From contig OZ024741.1 of assembly GCA_964016885.1 (NCBI GenBank), positions 351,292,001 to 351,356,000 on the forward strand: a DNA stretch of 64,000 nt. Reading direction: 5' to 3'. This document shows, piece by piece, positions 23,981-37,059 of this stretch. The notes under the pieces were generated by a model. It worked only from the letters and a program-made list of their open reading frames with translations, was not told the origin of the DNA and did no database searches. The translations under genes and the position numbers were made by a program. Position 1 is the stretch's first letter, and every line of letters begins with the position of its first letter. This DNA is from Eledone cirrhosa (Eukaryota).

Positions 23981-25460
23981 TTAACCAGGAAAAGTCGGTG
24001 GGCCTGCAGCTCGGTACCTGGAGAGGCATATCCATGTCGTCCAACAGCGTCGTCAGGTGCTGGGCAGACGGACCGGTTAAATTGCTCGGGTTCTGGTTTG
24101 GACCAGACCTCCAGATGGACAAAAACTGGGACGAGGTAATATGCAAGGTTGCCTCGCTCACCCAGAAATGGGCCGGGAGGAAGCTATCCTTGAAAGGTCG
24201 TGCAGAGGTGGCGAACGCCTACTGCGCGTCCGACATCTACTACCCCCCCCCCTCACCCAGGTCTGATTGTACTCGAACGTCTACTTTTTCGCTTTTAATG
24301 GAGAGGTCAGTTTCCATTAGTCAAGTGGTTCATCTGCTGTCAACACCTGCTACATGGAGGATTGGATGCCGTGGCTGATGATGCGCAAACATGCGCTGAG
24401 GCTACGATATCTCCACCTTTTCCTTGAAGGTGAACAAGTGAGGTCACCGTTTGCTAGACATGTTTCCTCCTGCTCCTCTCCTTAACGGAGCTGCAGTCTT
24501 GGGTCAAGCGAAGACTGAGAGGGAGCGCTTGGAGACGGGGATGTCTTCAAGCACTCACAGACCTCAGCCAATCGGGCAGTACGATCGGTGGAAACTCCAT
24601 CTTAGCGTTCTTTAGAGGGTTAGTGGCAAACAAAAACAACAAAAAAACGACGATATTCTTGAGGAGACTGGGCGTTGACGAAAATCAACTAACCATTCTT
24701 TTCCAGAGGACATTCGGTCCAGGGCTCATGAACAACTTCTAGATATCACTGGCCTGGCAGTGCCCCCGAGGAGTTTTGCCAGTTAAACTTTACAGGTATG
24801 GAAGTGCCGTCAGTCGGGCCTGTCCGAGGTGCACGCATGGTGATGAAACCGTCCTGTATGTATTCATCAAGTGTCCGAGTATTGCTGACCTGTGGGTTTA
24901 TGTCGAGCACCTGTTGTCACTTATAGGGCGGATCCGACTATCAACTGAGTCCATTGTGAAGATCGCTCCGCTGTCTTCCTTTAGAGGGGAAGGACAGGTA
25001 GTTTTTATCTTCCTAGTGGCCATGGTGAAAGAAGTCGTTTGGTGGATACATTTGAAAGGGTTGAAGACAAGTACTTCCCTCTTCGGCAAATCCCTGATTA
25101 ACCTTTTCAGGTTTCACTTGGAGAGGAAAATCAGGATAGAGAGGGAAGTGCTGCCTTACAACCAATTTGTTGAAAGGTGGGTGATAGTGGCGAGCATGGT
25201 CCGTGTGAATGGGCCTGCCTTGAGCATACGCCTGTAGATTGGAGTAGAACAACTGGGACAGGGTGACTGTGGCTTTTTGTGGGATTTCTCCATGAGTGAC
25301 CCTTGGAGTCTTCTCACATTTGGGGAATTTGTTGTTTGTTTGTTTTAAATGTTTATTTTTCTTAGTTTCTGTTATAAATTTTTTTTACAGAAAACACCCC
25401 ACACTGTATCGTTCTGTACCATCTTTACTGTTTCCTTGATGTGAGCCCTGTGTGAATAAG
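23981..25460 (+). mobile_element. Degenerate L1/Tx1-type LINE, 3' part
   Basis: KSVGLQLGTWRG...VKLLGFWFGPDLQ, CPRC...ETV, ERWV...VNGP; paralogous to 12866-14140. Confidence 0.88.
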
Positions 25461-25835
25461 AGTTACGGCCCTTTGCTCTCTGAATTCAAATCCCACCGAG
25501 GTTAACTTTGCCTTTCATCCTTACGGGGTCGATAAAATAAGCACCAGTAACCTAGTGGGGTCGATTTAATCGACTTCCCCTCCCCCAAAATTACTAGCCC
25601 TGTGCCTATACTAGAAATCCTTATTATTATTACTATAAAGGGTGGTGGAATGACAGTATCGGTAGAGCGTCGGACTCTATGTTTTGCAGCATAGAGCTAT
25701 GGCCTTTTATGTTTTGAGTTCAAATACCGCCGAGGTTAGCTTCGCCTTTCATCCTTACGGGGTCGATAAAATAAAGTACCAGTAATACACTGAAGTAATT
25801 GCTGGCCTTGTGCTAAAAAGTAGAAACAATTATTA
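25457..25835 (+). mobile_element. Two tandem SINE family A copies
   Basis: Two copies of the tttcatccttacggggtcgataaaataa core (~25510 and ~25745). Confidence 0.85.
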
Positions 25836-26523
25836 TAATAATAATAATAATAATAAGAAGAAGAATTACAACAACAGTAACAATAATGACTACGACAACC
25901 ACAATAGCAACATTAATAAATTAGTCATGAAAAATACAAAGCAAAACTAAACAGGTTTAAAACAGCAACAGTAGCGACATCAATCAGTGTAGTGAATAGA
26001 ACGACTATTATTTCAATTATAGTATGGATTTAGAGAGAATAAAGACTAAGCCTCGATTATTGCCATTTATTCCTTCATTCTTTCCTTCTCCCCCTCCTTT
26101 TATCAGTATGATATCTGTAGCTACTTACCCCCACCACCACTACCAACTTTCACCTTAAAGTAAACCTAAATAGATACAGTAAAAAAAAACATTTTGTTAG
26201 CTTTACAGAATCGTTAAAGCGACTAAGTAAAGAAAGGAAAATGTGGGAGGAAACAAATAAACAAAAAAATGTTATCGATTCTATTTATTTATATTTGTAT
26301 TTATATTTAATGGTAAGTCGAGACGATAAACGTCTTTCTCTTGAAATATCGTCTTCGTTTCCAGTAGAAAACAAAAATCGTTTTTATTTAACCACCCATA
26401 CGAAGTTTAACTGGAATGAACTTGTGTTCGTTTCGACGATGAATGTTTCAGTTGTTTCGATCAACGGAACAACCTGTTCCTGAAATTTACGTGTAAGCGC
26501 CAGAATATCCCGCCTGCTAACAC

Positions 26524-27022
26524 TAGACCTGTCAACTCTCCTCGTCCGACGGGGAGATCTCCCACTCACTTTGGGGTGGGTGAGAGATGTCTTCTCTTGT
26601 GAAAATGGGTATGGCTTTCATTATGTAAAATTTCCCCATTTTGGTGCACCTTTTTTCATGGTACCCCCCCCCCCCCCGTTTGGGTTTTTCGAGTTTAGCA
26701 GGTCTGTGACATGCACTCCCTCTCCAGACTTCTTGAGCCCAACTAGCCAACTGACTAAATGCAGACCTGTCAACTCTCCTCGTCCGACGGGGAGATCTTC
26801 CACCCACTTTGGGGTGGTTGAGAGATGTCTTCTCTCGTGAAAATGAGTATGGCTCTCATTATGTAAAATCTCCCCATTTTTAGCCTCATTTCTCCCCGTT
26901 TTGGGCGCTTTTCTCATGGTACTCCCCCGTTTGGGTTTTTAGAGGTTGGAAGGTCTGGTAAGGTGAGTCGCTGCACTACCTTTCCAGACTTCTCGAGCTC
27001 AACTAGCCAATTAACTAAATGT
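26524..27022. repeat. Tandem duplication (~240-bp unit) of a small TIR element
   Basis: agacctgtcaactctcctcgtccgacggggagatct at 26525 and 26763; each unit carries TIR-like agacctgtcaac...gttggaaggtctg plus a shared spacer. Confidence 0.75.
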
Positions 27023-27442
27023 AAACTATACAAAGGACAAACAACTACTCTAGGGCTGAAAAATTAATATCACAATATATGCTTATTTATCTGATAAAGT
27101 TAACTTAATTTAAACAAAAACAAAAAAGCCTAACACAGATTTGCCTCTTGGAGAGGAACTTTCCAGGTGCAAACCCATGGTAAATCATGATTGAAGTGGT
27201 CCTGTATCACCAGAAGGATAAAAGTCAACTTAATCCTCTTCTTTTTGGTTGGATTTTGTACTCCAGATGAACCTAAGTGTTGCTTTTTTCTTGCATTGTT
27301 ACGCACACATGCACGCACGCACACACACACGCACGCACGCACGCACACACGCACGCACACACACACGCACGCACACACACACGCACGCACACACACACAC
27401 AGAGTTATAAGGATGGATTATATTCAGCTGTATCGATATCAT

Positions 27443-27625
27443 TTTGGCAGTATCGGTAGAGGGTCGGACGCCATGCTTTGCAGCATAGTTACGTCCCTTT
27501 GTGGTCTGAGTTCAAATCCCGCCGAGGTTAACTTTGCCTTTCATCCTTACGGGGTCGATAAAATAAAGTACCAGTAATACACTGGGATAATTGCTGGCCT
27601 TGTGCTAAAAGTAGAAACAATTATA
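27443..27625 (+). mobile_element. SINE family A
   Basis: High similarity to 5059-5244. Confidence 0.9.
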
Positions 27626-27672
27626 TTACTGATTTTTTATTTTAATCGATTACAATTAGTATAAAGAGGTAT

Positions 27673-27924
27673 TTAGCCAGTTCGTTACCATATTTCTAAT
27701 GAAAGACTACCTATGATTTTAAATTAACTTTGAACTAATCAAGAATTTGAAAGGATTTAGTAATATAACAAATTTTCTCATTATTAAGTTTGGTGAATGA
27801 CTTAATAAAGGTTCTCCTTTAAAATTATGATGGTAGTATTTTAAAACATATATAAGCACTTTAAAATAAACAGCATTTTATCATAGAATCACGAGTTCAG
27901 TTGGTTTGGCATCAAAAGGGTTAA
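27673..27924. mobile_element. TTAA-bounded (piggyBac-like) MITE
   Basis: Right end aaaaggg|ttaa, decayed left end; body homologous to 11983-12205. Confidence 0.55.
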
Positions 27925-29319
27925 AATTTCACACATATGCACCCCCTAGCGGAATGTAAACGGAAAAGGGACAGTGCTAAGACTTTTAGGTCCGGCGCTC
28001 TACTGCTTAGGACCAAATCTAACTGTTTTACGTGTGCTCAACACTTGAGACCAGACACAGCTATGTGGCAAAGAGCTTATTTTCGTAATTACGTGGTTTT
28101 GGGTTCGATCCCACAACACGATATATCGGTTCAATCAAATCTCGTGAGTAGAATTCGCTAGACAAAAAATGTGAGTTGGTCCACCAAGGCGGGGGATGAC
28201 CCCTGAGTGCATTTAGAAGAATTCATTCTGTTACAAACATTTAGGTGACATTTATCCCTTTCTCCTTTTATCCCATCAGCCTGGGTGACCTTGAAAATTG
28301 TCATGAACGCTGTCCTTCCTGACTAAGCCATTAAAAAATAAGAAAAAAAAAAAAAGAAAAAGAAAAAGAAAAAGAAAAAGAAAAAGAAAAAGAAAAGAAA
28401 GCGTGTGATTTCGTTATGTTGTTTCGAAGCAAACAAGTTGGGTTCACCGGTTATATTCACCCACCCTTACAAAACAATCTTTGTATCCACGACAAAACAT
28501 TTTATATACACGAAGCTTTAGAAAAGTCCTTAAATGAAAAATTGCTGAAAGATTTTGTCGTATGTCATATAATTAACTGTCGTCGTTAAGTTTATTTATG
28601 TTTCGTGTTTTTAGAAGATATACAATTGACAATGTATTTGAAATAACTATACTCCCAAAGTTTTACTCCTGTGAATCAAATCCCTTCTCCCTGTCACCTC
28701 ATTAATTCACCAGCATTTCCACTCCCATTATCTTAGCATAATGAAGGCTCCTACTTTGGAGAAATTCACAAAGGAGTTTTCGTTACATATTCATCGCTTC
28801 CGTTCTTGACAGACAGACAATAGCGTTTATACAAACTTCTGTGTGAATGACATTATTGTCAACAGGAATACTGGGTTGCTTGGTTGGTTGGTGTATATTA
28901 GGGCGACGTTTTATATAGATAAATGGTCTGGATAGAGAGACAGAAATATGCAAACATATTCGACATGTAATGGGAAGGGACCCAATTTGTTGCTGGCTCA
29001 AGCTTTAACTCCTACAATCCCTGTCACTACATGTAAAATCACTACAGTAAAATCACTATAACACTACAGAACATTATTACAACACTAGAAATATGGGGTA
29101 ACCACGGTGTTTCTACGTGGTCGCTCAACCTACTGGAGATATCAACCAAATTTTCGCCAAATCACAACCTAACCTCTGAAAAACATTGTGTGGTGTAGTT
29201 CTGAGTACACTGTACTCCTATAAAAGACTTCAATAGGCACAGCCTTTGATGCTAGGTCTGCTCAATCAAAGCAGGAAATGAACAACAACAACAACAACAA
29301 CAACAGCAGCAGCAGCAGC

Positions 29320-29355
<36 letters not shown>

Positions 29356-29384
29356 TATAATAATAATAATAATAATAATAATTA

Positions 29385-30122
29385 AGGGATGTTAATGGCT
29401 GCGCAGGAGCAGGCCCTCAAAACGAAGTGGTTGAAACACCATATTTACAAGGAGGAGGCTAGCCCACTGTGCAGGATCTGTGGAGAGAGAGAGAGGAGAC
29501 TGTGGCTCACATTGTATCCGAGTGTAAACACCTAGCCCAGACCCACTATAAGGGCTGGAGACATGATGTGATGGGCAGGGTGATCCACTGGCACCTGTGC
29601 AAAGTAAACAATTTACCACATTCTGAGAAATGGTATGAGCATAAGCCAGAGGCGGTGATGGAGAACGATCAGGTGAAGGTGCTGTGGGATTTTAGGATAC
29701 AGACGGACAAGAAACTGGAACACAATAGACCTGACCTGGTGGTTGTGGACAAAGAAAAAAAAAAGATCGTGTCTGATTGTGGATGTGGCCTGCCCATTCG
29801 ACACGAGAGTGCAAGAGAAGGAGAGGGAGAAAATTAACCGATACCAGGACTTAAAGTGGGAGGTAAAAAGGATTTGGAACTGCCATGAAGTCAAAGTGAT
29901 CCCGATTGTCATAGGCGCACTGGGGACTATCTCCAAAAGTTTCCAGGGATGGTTAAAGAAAATCGGCCCCTTCACGCTTTTTGGAACGCTTCAAAAGGCA
30001 TGCTTGCTGGGAACAGCAAGAACCCTCCGATACGTCCTGAATATCTGAGGCTGCAGGTAGTGGCTTGATATTCATTCCAACGGACTTTCCAGTTAACTAA
30101 CATCAATGACTGAGATTCAAGG
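29385..30122 (+). mobile_element. R4/Dong-like non-LTR element, 5'-truncated, in (TAA)n
   Basis: MAAQEQALKT, CRIC...ETVAHIVSEC, RHD, WDFRIQTD, RPDLVV, DVACP, Y.DL, PIVIGALG; frameshifts at the (GA)n and poly-A tracts; (AAT)n on both sides. Confidence 0.88.
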
Positions 30123-30379
30123 AATAATAATAATAATAATAGTAGTAGTAGCAACATCAGTAAGTTCACTAGGTCTAAACAAAAAATATAGAGGAACAGC
30201 AACTGTAGCGCTATGATCAAATCTACTTCCCCATCTCTTCTGTAGTCGCCCCAGAACCTACAGGCATCAAAATTAGCCTGTTATTGCTCAATCTCTCTCA
30301 AATTACACCTCACCGTCATAATATACATGCTTACTAAACAAATGCTTCAATGTAAAATAAATAAAACAGAGGTCGCTTT

Positions 30380-30700
30380 TATAGAACCTAAATTAGTAAA
30401 AACATATAATCGTTTTATAAGCATCACAGAAAAATATTAAACAAGGATTTTATAATCATACATCCTCCTTTAAACACAGAAAAAAAGAAGCACTACATCT
30501 GGGAATTAAAAGAGTGCTTTTAAATTGAAAATCCTTGAAAGACCCAGTCAGATCCTACAAAATAGGAAATAAAAGATGTGAGGCATGCACTATAGAGAAG
30601 AAACAATTCCTTGAAAACCTTCATAAACAAGGTCTGTTCAAACACCAAATCAGAGGTATTCAGAAAGTTCAGACACTCTAAAAAAGCACCTGTTATACAC
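30380..30700 (+). mobile_element. Degenerate Penelope-like GIY-YIG C-terminal fragment
   Basis: Decayed reading FYNHTSSFKH ... RCEACTIEKK ... NTKSEVFRKFRH resembles the PLE endonuclease end (CxxCxxEK...LNxRSE...CRH). Confidence 0.55.
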
Positions 30701-30909
30701 CAGGGAAGCACAACTTGCACCAAACAGACATCTGACATTGCTTCATCTCAGGATTTCTTTGTTTTTTCCTCGTCCAACGGTCTACCATCATTCACCTAAT
30801 TTGTTCCCTTTTCATTCCTAACTCTTATTACCTTCTCCATTGATGGAGGTTAATGTCCTTTGATGTCCATTTTTTTGTTTCTCCGTAATTTCTAAATGTT
30901 ACATCGTTT

Positions 30910-31240
30910 TCCCAACACAATTAAGCGACAATGACTCACTTCTCGGGGACGTCTTATACCCCTCGAAGGACACAACGAGCCACCGGGAATTGTGCATGTA
31001 ATAAAAAGTCCACCCTACTCACACAGTTTCCCGAAGATTACGTTAAGGATACACGTGTCTCTGGAATACGCAGACCACTTAATCGCTCATTCAATGAGCA
31101 AGTAGTTCAGCTGATTGAACAAGCGAAAGAAAATAAATAAAATTTGCATCAAGAACACAACGCACCGCCCGGTCCCAAAACCGAACCCATGACTTTATGA
31201 TCATATGTCAAACGCCCTAACCTCTAGGTCACAAAGGTCA
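30910..31240 (-). mobile_element. SINE family B (degenerate)
   Basis: Reverse complement has a tRNA head (gggttcggttt) and gtgttcttgatgcaaa. Confidence 0.6.
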
Positions 31241-31567
31241 CAAATACTCATCGTCGAAACCGACGGAGATTTCTTTTCTTCTATATGGGTCAGTACATGT
31301 GTATGTAGGGATATCAATCATATTAGCTAGAGTGTAATTCGGTATGCAGTGGGAGAAATAACTCAAGAGATAACTAACTCCTTGAACATATGTAACATTC
31401 TCGCCGTAAATACGAGTGTTGTTTTGTTTTTGTTTTTGCAAAGTGTAGCAACCACAGTTCTCCTCGATATTATCTGTAGACTGAGATTATAGCCTAATTT
31501 ATTTGCTGTCCCATTTTTCATCAGAATGTTTGAGTGTATGCGTGTGTGCATCTATGCATGGGGTGTT

Positions 31568-31638
<71 letters not shown>

Positions 31639-31737
31639 CACCCGGCCGACTAACCCACTTGATATGCAAATTGGGCTACTCAGCCATTAATATGCATAAG
31701 GTAAGTATATACGTTCAACAATCTGGCAGGAAGGTAT

Positions 31738-31780
31738 ACGTTGCTGACGATAGCTAATAAGCTTGAAACTAGTACAGCGT
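31738..31780 (+). ncRNA. Minimal type I hammerhead ribozyme, intact core
   Basis: acgttg-CTGACGA-t agc taataa gct t-GAAA-ctag-TA-cagcgt: 6-bp stem I, stem II agc/gct, palindromic loop III CTAG, cleavage triplet GUA. Confidence 0.8.
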
Positions 31781-32041
31781 TCCTTTGTCAGTGTTGAACA
31801 AACGAGCAACGATGGTTGCTAGACACTACGGCTTAATACGGGATGTTTGTTTACAAACACACCGAGCATTATAATAAATGTTCGGTGAATCCATACATAC
31901 ATATATATATGTGTGCATGTGTGTATATATGTATACATACTACTGTACGTCTGTATACATATATGTATGTACGTGTACATACTTATATTTAAGTAACAGC
32001 CGTACTAAGAGTGGGAAATGAAATTTCGTTTCATTTTTTCC

Positions 32042-32075
<34 letters not shown>

Positions 32076-32212
32076 TCTCTTACATGTTCCAGTCATCCGG
32101 CTGAGGCCATGTGTTAAGTATTTCCGTAGAAAAGGTAAAGGAAAGAAGAGTGCTCTATGTGTAGTATAGAGCTATTTAGTTACATAATAAACAACACAAT
32201 ATAATTATTCCA

Positions 32213-32277
32213 TTACCAAAAGTTTCAAGAAACTGGACGATTCTTAGAGAAACGTCTAGCCCGTTCATCAGATAAAA
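32213..32277 (-). ncRNA. Decayed HHR-like motif with long stem II
   Basis: CTGATGA-acgggctagacg...cgtccagtttctt-GAAA; stems I and III poor. Confidence 0.3.
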
Positions 32278-32283
32278 TAATTA

Positions 32284-32850
<567 letters not shown>

Positions 32851-33194
32851 TTCTAAAGATTTCAACTAACTCGACGCACACCAATGCTTATTTACAAATG
32901 TCGTTATATATATATATATTACCCAGTGCAAATAAAGTACCAGTAATGCACTGAGTAATTGCTGGCCTTGTGCCTAACGTAGAAACAGTTATATATATAT
33001 ATGGTGCAGTTATATGCGTTATATATATATATATGATCGCTCTTCCACTCTGCACCACCGTAAGCAATCTGGGGAGATGGTCATAACTGAACCTTGAAAC
33101 CTTAGGTAGCGCATTTTTTTTCGTGTATGAATAAATAATATAATATATTAGCTCTCATATTAAATCATATTTTGTTAATTGCGTTTGTGATTAT

Positions 33195-33790
33195 GTATGT
33201 ATGCAGTATACAATGCATGTGTTCTGCCTATTCTCTTGTCTTCCTACGAGACCTGGACTATCTATTGCAGGCACATTAAATTCCTCGGACGGTTTGACCA
33301 ACGTTGCCTGCGTGACATTCTCGGGTTTCACTGGAGTACACACATAGCAGACACTGAAATATAAAAAAAATGTAGGTACAGTCAGCATTGAAGCTCACAT
33401 TTTAAGCACTGCCTCCTGTGTGTAGGCCACGTTGTTAGATCTGATGACAGCAGAATTCCAAAACGAGTTAATACCTGCTGCAAGATCACAAGACAAACTA
33501 AGACTACGTTTCAAGGATTATGTGAAAAATTCTTTAACACATTGCAAACTTGACTCATCTTGCTGTGAGGTCATGGCATTAGACAGAAACAAGTGATGCA
33601 CTAGTATATCTAATGGTGTAAGACTTTTTCAGAAATCTGCTTCTGAAAGGACTCGTATTAAATGCGCAGCTAAAGAAGGCCAATATGTGGAGAATTCTGT
33701 ACCTCAGTGTGTACGTAATGTATGTCGCCGAATGTGCCTCCCAAAAGCTGGCTATACATGTCATCTCAGTATACATGCAGAAATCCTTGC
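33195..33790 (+). mobile_element. Degenerate RTE LINE 3' fragment
   Basis: Decayed GHVVRSDDSRIPK ... RQTKTTFQG (G.P.LRFKD-like) and a terminal Cys-rich region. Confidence 0.55.
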
Positions 33791-34027
33791 AACCAATTCG
33801 ACATGTGGTACATGTAGCAGAGAATTTCCGAATAAGTCAAGACACAAGACATTCAAAAATACATAATCAAGATTCGGATGAGACTGAAGAGTCGAATGAT
33901 GGAAAGAGTGAAATCGAATGCATTTTATACAACAAAACAAGCAGGTCCCCAGCAGGTATATCACCGATATCACCGTCAGTGATGCTCTTACTTAGCCAGT
34001 GAGTTGACGGCCATTATATCTGTTCTT

Positions 34028-34595
34028 GGCGGTGAATTGGCAGTATCGGTAGATAGTTACGTCCCTTTACAGTCTGAGTTCAAATCCCGCCGAGGTTAAC
34101 TTTGCCTTTCATCCTTACGGGGTCGATAAAATAAAGTACCAGTAATGTACTGGGTAATTGCTGGCCTTGTGCCTAAAGTAGAAACAATTATATCTATGTT
34201 CTTGGATTGGCAGTATCGGTAGAGCATCAGACACAATGCTTTGTAGCATAGAGTTATAGCCCTTTACCTTCTGCGTTCAAATCCCGCAGAGATTAACTTT
34301 GCCTTTCATCCTTACGGGGTCGATAAAATAACATACTGGGGTCGATTTAATCGACTTTCCCCTCCCCACAAATTACTGGCTTTGTGCCTATACTAGAAAT
34401 TATTATTTTTTCCTGGCAGTATCGGTGGAGAGTCGGACGCTATGCTTTGCAGCATAGCGTTACAGCCCTTTACGGTCTGAGTTCAATACCACCGAGGTTA
34501 ACTTTACCTTTCATCCCTATGAGGTCGATAAAATAAAGCCCCAGCAATACACTGGGATAATTGCTGGCCTTGTGCCAAAAGTAGAAACAATTATT
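34028..34595 (+). mobile_element. Three tandem SINE family A copies
   Basis: Three heads tggcagtatcggt (~34038, ~34208, ~34414) and three cores. Confidence 0.9.
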
Positions 34596-34802
34596 TTTTT
34601 TCCTACATTTCTTTTTTATCCAGAGGACATGTGTTCATTTTTTGATGACTCTACCGAAAAATATTTCCTGTGGATTTCGGTGATCATTGGAAAGTATATA
34701 ATGCATGGTAAACGAGCAAAAATGTGGAATGTGGGTAGGCAACTCTAAATGTTCTTCATATTTTATGTCATATTTTGTGTTAATTATTGTTTTATAACGT
34801 GT

Positions 34803-35136
34803 GAAGGCGCATGGCTTAGTGATTAGAGCATTGGGCCTGCAATTGAGAGGTCGTGAGTTCGATTCTCGGACCGAGTGATGTGTTGTGTCCTTGAGCAAGA
34901 CACTTTATTTCACGTTGCTCCAGTTTACTCAGCTGTAGAAATGAGTTGCGATGTCACTGGTGCCAAGCTGTATCGGTTATTGCTCTTGTCTTGGACAACA
35001 TCGGTGACGTGGAGAGAGGAGGTTGATATGCATGGGTGACTGCTGGTCTTCCACAAAATAAACCTTGCCCTGACTTATTCCTCGGAGGGAAACTTTCTAG
35101 GTGCAAAACCATGGTCATTCGTGACCGAGTGGGGCC
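34803..35136 (+). mobile_element. tRNA-derived SINE family B (CORE/V-like central domain)
   Basis: A-box tggcttagtga, B-box gagttcgattc, central gtgtccttgagcaagacactt. Confidence 0.85.
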
Positions 35137-35932
35137 ATAGAGATAATATCGCAATTTATATTTATTTTATCTGTCATTTATATAACATCTGCTTCCCTCA
35201 TTTTATATAACTTTGTCCAGCCCCATATGTATTGTAGGTAACTCCTATATTTACTGTATTCTATGTGCAAGCCCTTGTGGCTAATAAAGAAATTATGATT
35301 ATCATCATTATCATCATTAGTGTTATAAATGAAAAGCTGCCTTCTTATCTTTGCTGACAATTCTAATTTCACAAGATAGTCCTATTACTAATCTCTCTCC
35401 CTCTCGCTTTCTTTTTTGTTTTCTCTTTCTCTCGTCTCTCATCTTTCGGGTTGGTTGGTTCAACAGTGCCAACATCTGTAAGAGGTCATAAAATAGGACT
35501 ACTTCCGCCGGCGGCCGCGGCGGCGGCAGCAAAGAAGAAAGAGAAGGAGATGAATGTGAAAGTGGTGTTAGTGGTGGTTTGGGGGTGGTGTGATGTTTGA
35601 TATGTGTAACGATAGAGAGAGAAAAATAGTTGCGTGTCTGGATGGAGAAACAGGATGCAGCCGATATCTAATTTATGAGAAACATGAAGAGGAGAGACAG
35701 ATAAAGAGAAAAAGAAGAGGAGAGGAAAAAGAGAAAAAAGAGAAAAAAGAGAAAAAAGAGAAAAAAAGAGGGAAGTAGTAATATGCCAGTGACTAAAAGA
35801 AAATAAGAAAAAGAAGAAAACTAAATTCTACCATTAAATTTCAGTTTGGAAATAAGTGTTTTCGTCTTCATCTGACATCTTCATTATGTGTCTTTATATA
35901 TATTAATTTTATTAAAGCTAAATAATGAGTCT

Positions 35933-35977
35933 TTTTACTCTGGAGTTTTGCCTGTTTATCACAGGGTCATCAGACAA
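35933..35977 (-). ncRNA. Decayed HHR (G12 lost)
   Basis: CTGATGA-c cctgt gataa acagg c-AAAA-ctc ca gag-TA. Confidence 0.5.
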
Positions 35978-35978
35978 G

Positions 35979-36057
<79 letters not shown>

Positions 36058-36300
36058 GGTCAAGAAATGATAAGACAAACACAAAGTCTTATTTAGTTTC
36101 ACGCTTAGAAAGAAGTAGAAGAGGGTCTGACGTTTCGGACGTTATTCTTTCTTCGGGAAATGGAGAGTTCGGAGAGAAAGATAAAAGGTTGGAACATTGG
36201 AGTTTGGAAAAAAAAAGTTTTAAGAAGGCTGAGGGTGGAGGGTAGGCGTGTAATCCGACGTTGGGGATCGATGTGTAGAGTCCAGGTGTGACATGGGTGT
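36058..36300 (-). mobile_element. Penelope pLTR-like module with decayed HHR
   Basis: Reverse complement CCGAAGA-aagaataacgtcc-GAAA-cg-TC-agaccctcttc; same family as 46730 and 8154. Confidence 0.5.
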
Positions 36301-37059
36301 TGTTATGTGTGTACAGATGGAGTGCTTTTCGTGAGTGTGCATTATTTCTTCTGTGTGTGTGATCTGTGTATGGTTGATGCTCGTGCGTGTATGCGTACGT
36401 TTTTATATGACTGTGTGTGTGTATTTATGTATATATGTATTACTTCAATTAGACTGTGTCTTCAAAGAGGGCGACACCGACCTGCAGATTACAGATGGCC
36501 ATAGGTGTGCTTAGCTAAAGTGACACTGAATAACAGAGTACCAAGGGCCAGATGTGTGTTTTTACGGCTCACATAAGATGACATAGATTAACTGACTGCT
36601 GAGGGCCAGAGGTATAATTTCATAGCTTAGCTAACAGACCTGTCCTGGGATACACCTGTGTTTAGAAAAATAATGAATCTTTAATTTTACAAATCCATAG
36701 ATGTGCAACTTGTATTAAATCACCCTTGATGCTTGAATTATTATTTTTCTATGTAATATAAGGTTTTTAAGACTTCGTCAAAGGCTGATTTCAAATTTGA
36801 ATATGGGCAAAGAGTTTTCTAACTCTTCTCTAGGACGTCACGCGATTTTCTAGGGATAGCAGCCTAAATTTCTTTTTCAAATCAGAGCTCACCGGCTTGG
36901 GTGGGGCCAATATGGACCAGCCCATAGACAAAAAAATTTTGCGTGATAGAAAAAAAGTATAGTCATTTTTAAACTCAGGGGCCCCAAATTACTCAAGAAC
37001 AGGCCTCAAACTTAGGTCAGCAGAAAAAAAAAAGCAAAGTTTTGTTGACTAGTGTAATC

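Noticed and set aside
26129-26165. Possible 37-nt minus-strand micro-exon (tttag...gtaagt)
   Set aside because: Splice-like signals only; no ATG or homology, and expected by chance without transcript data
34803-34880. tRNA-like sequences here and in other SINE heads
   Set aside because: They continue into SINE bodies and lack a full cloverleaf; not called as tRNA genes
35490-35535. GC-rich GCC/CGG patch, possible promoter or 5'UTR
   Set aside because: Too short, with no supporting evidence
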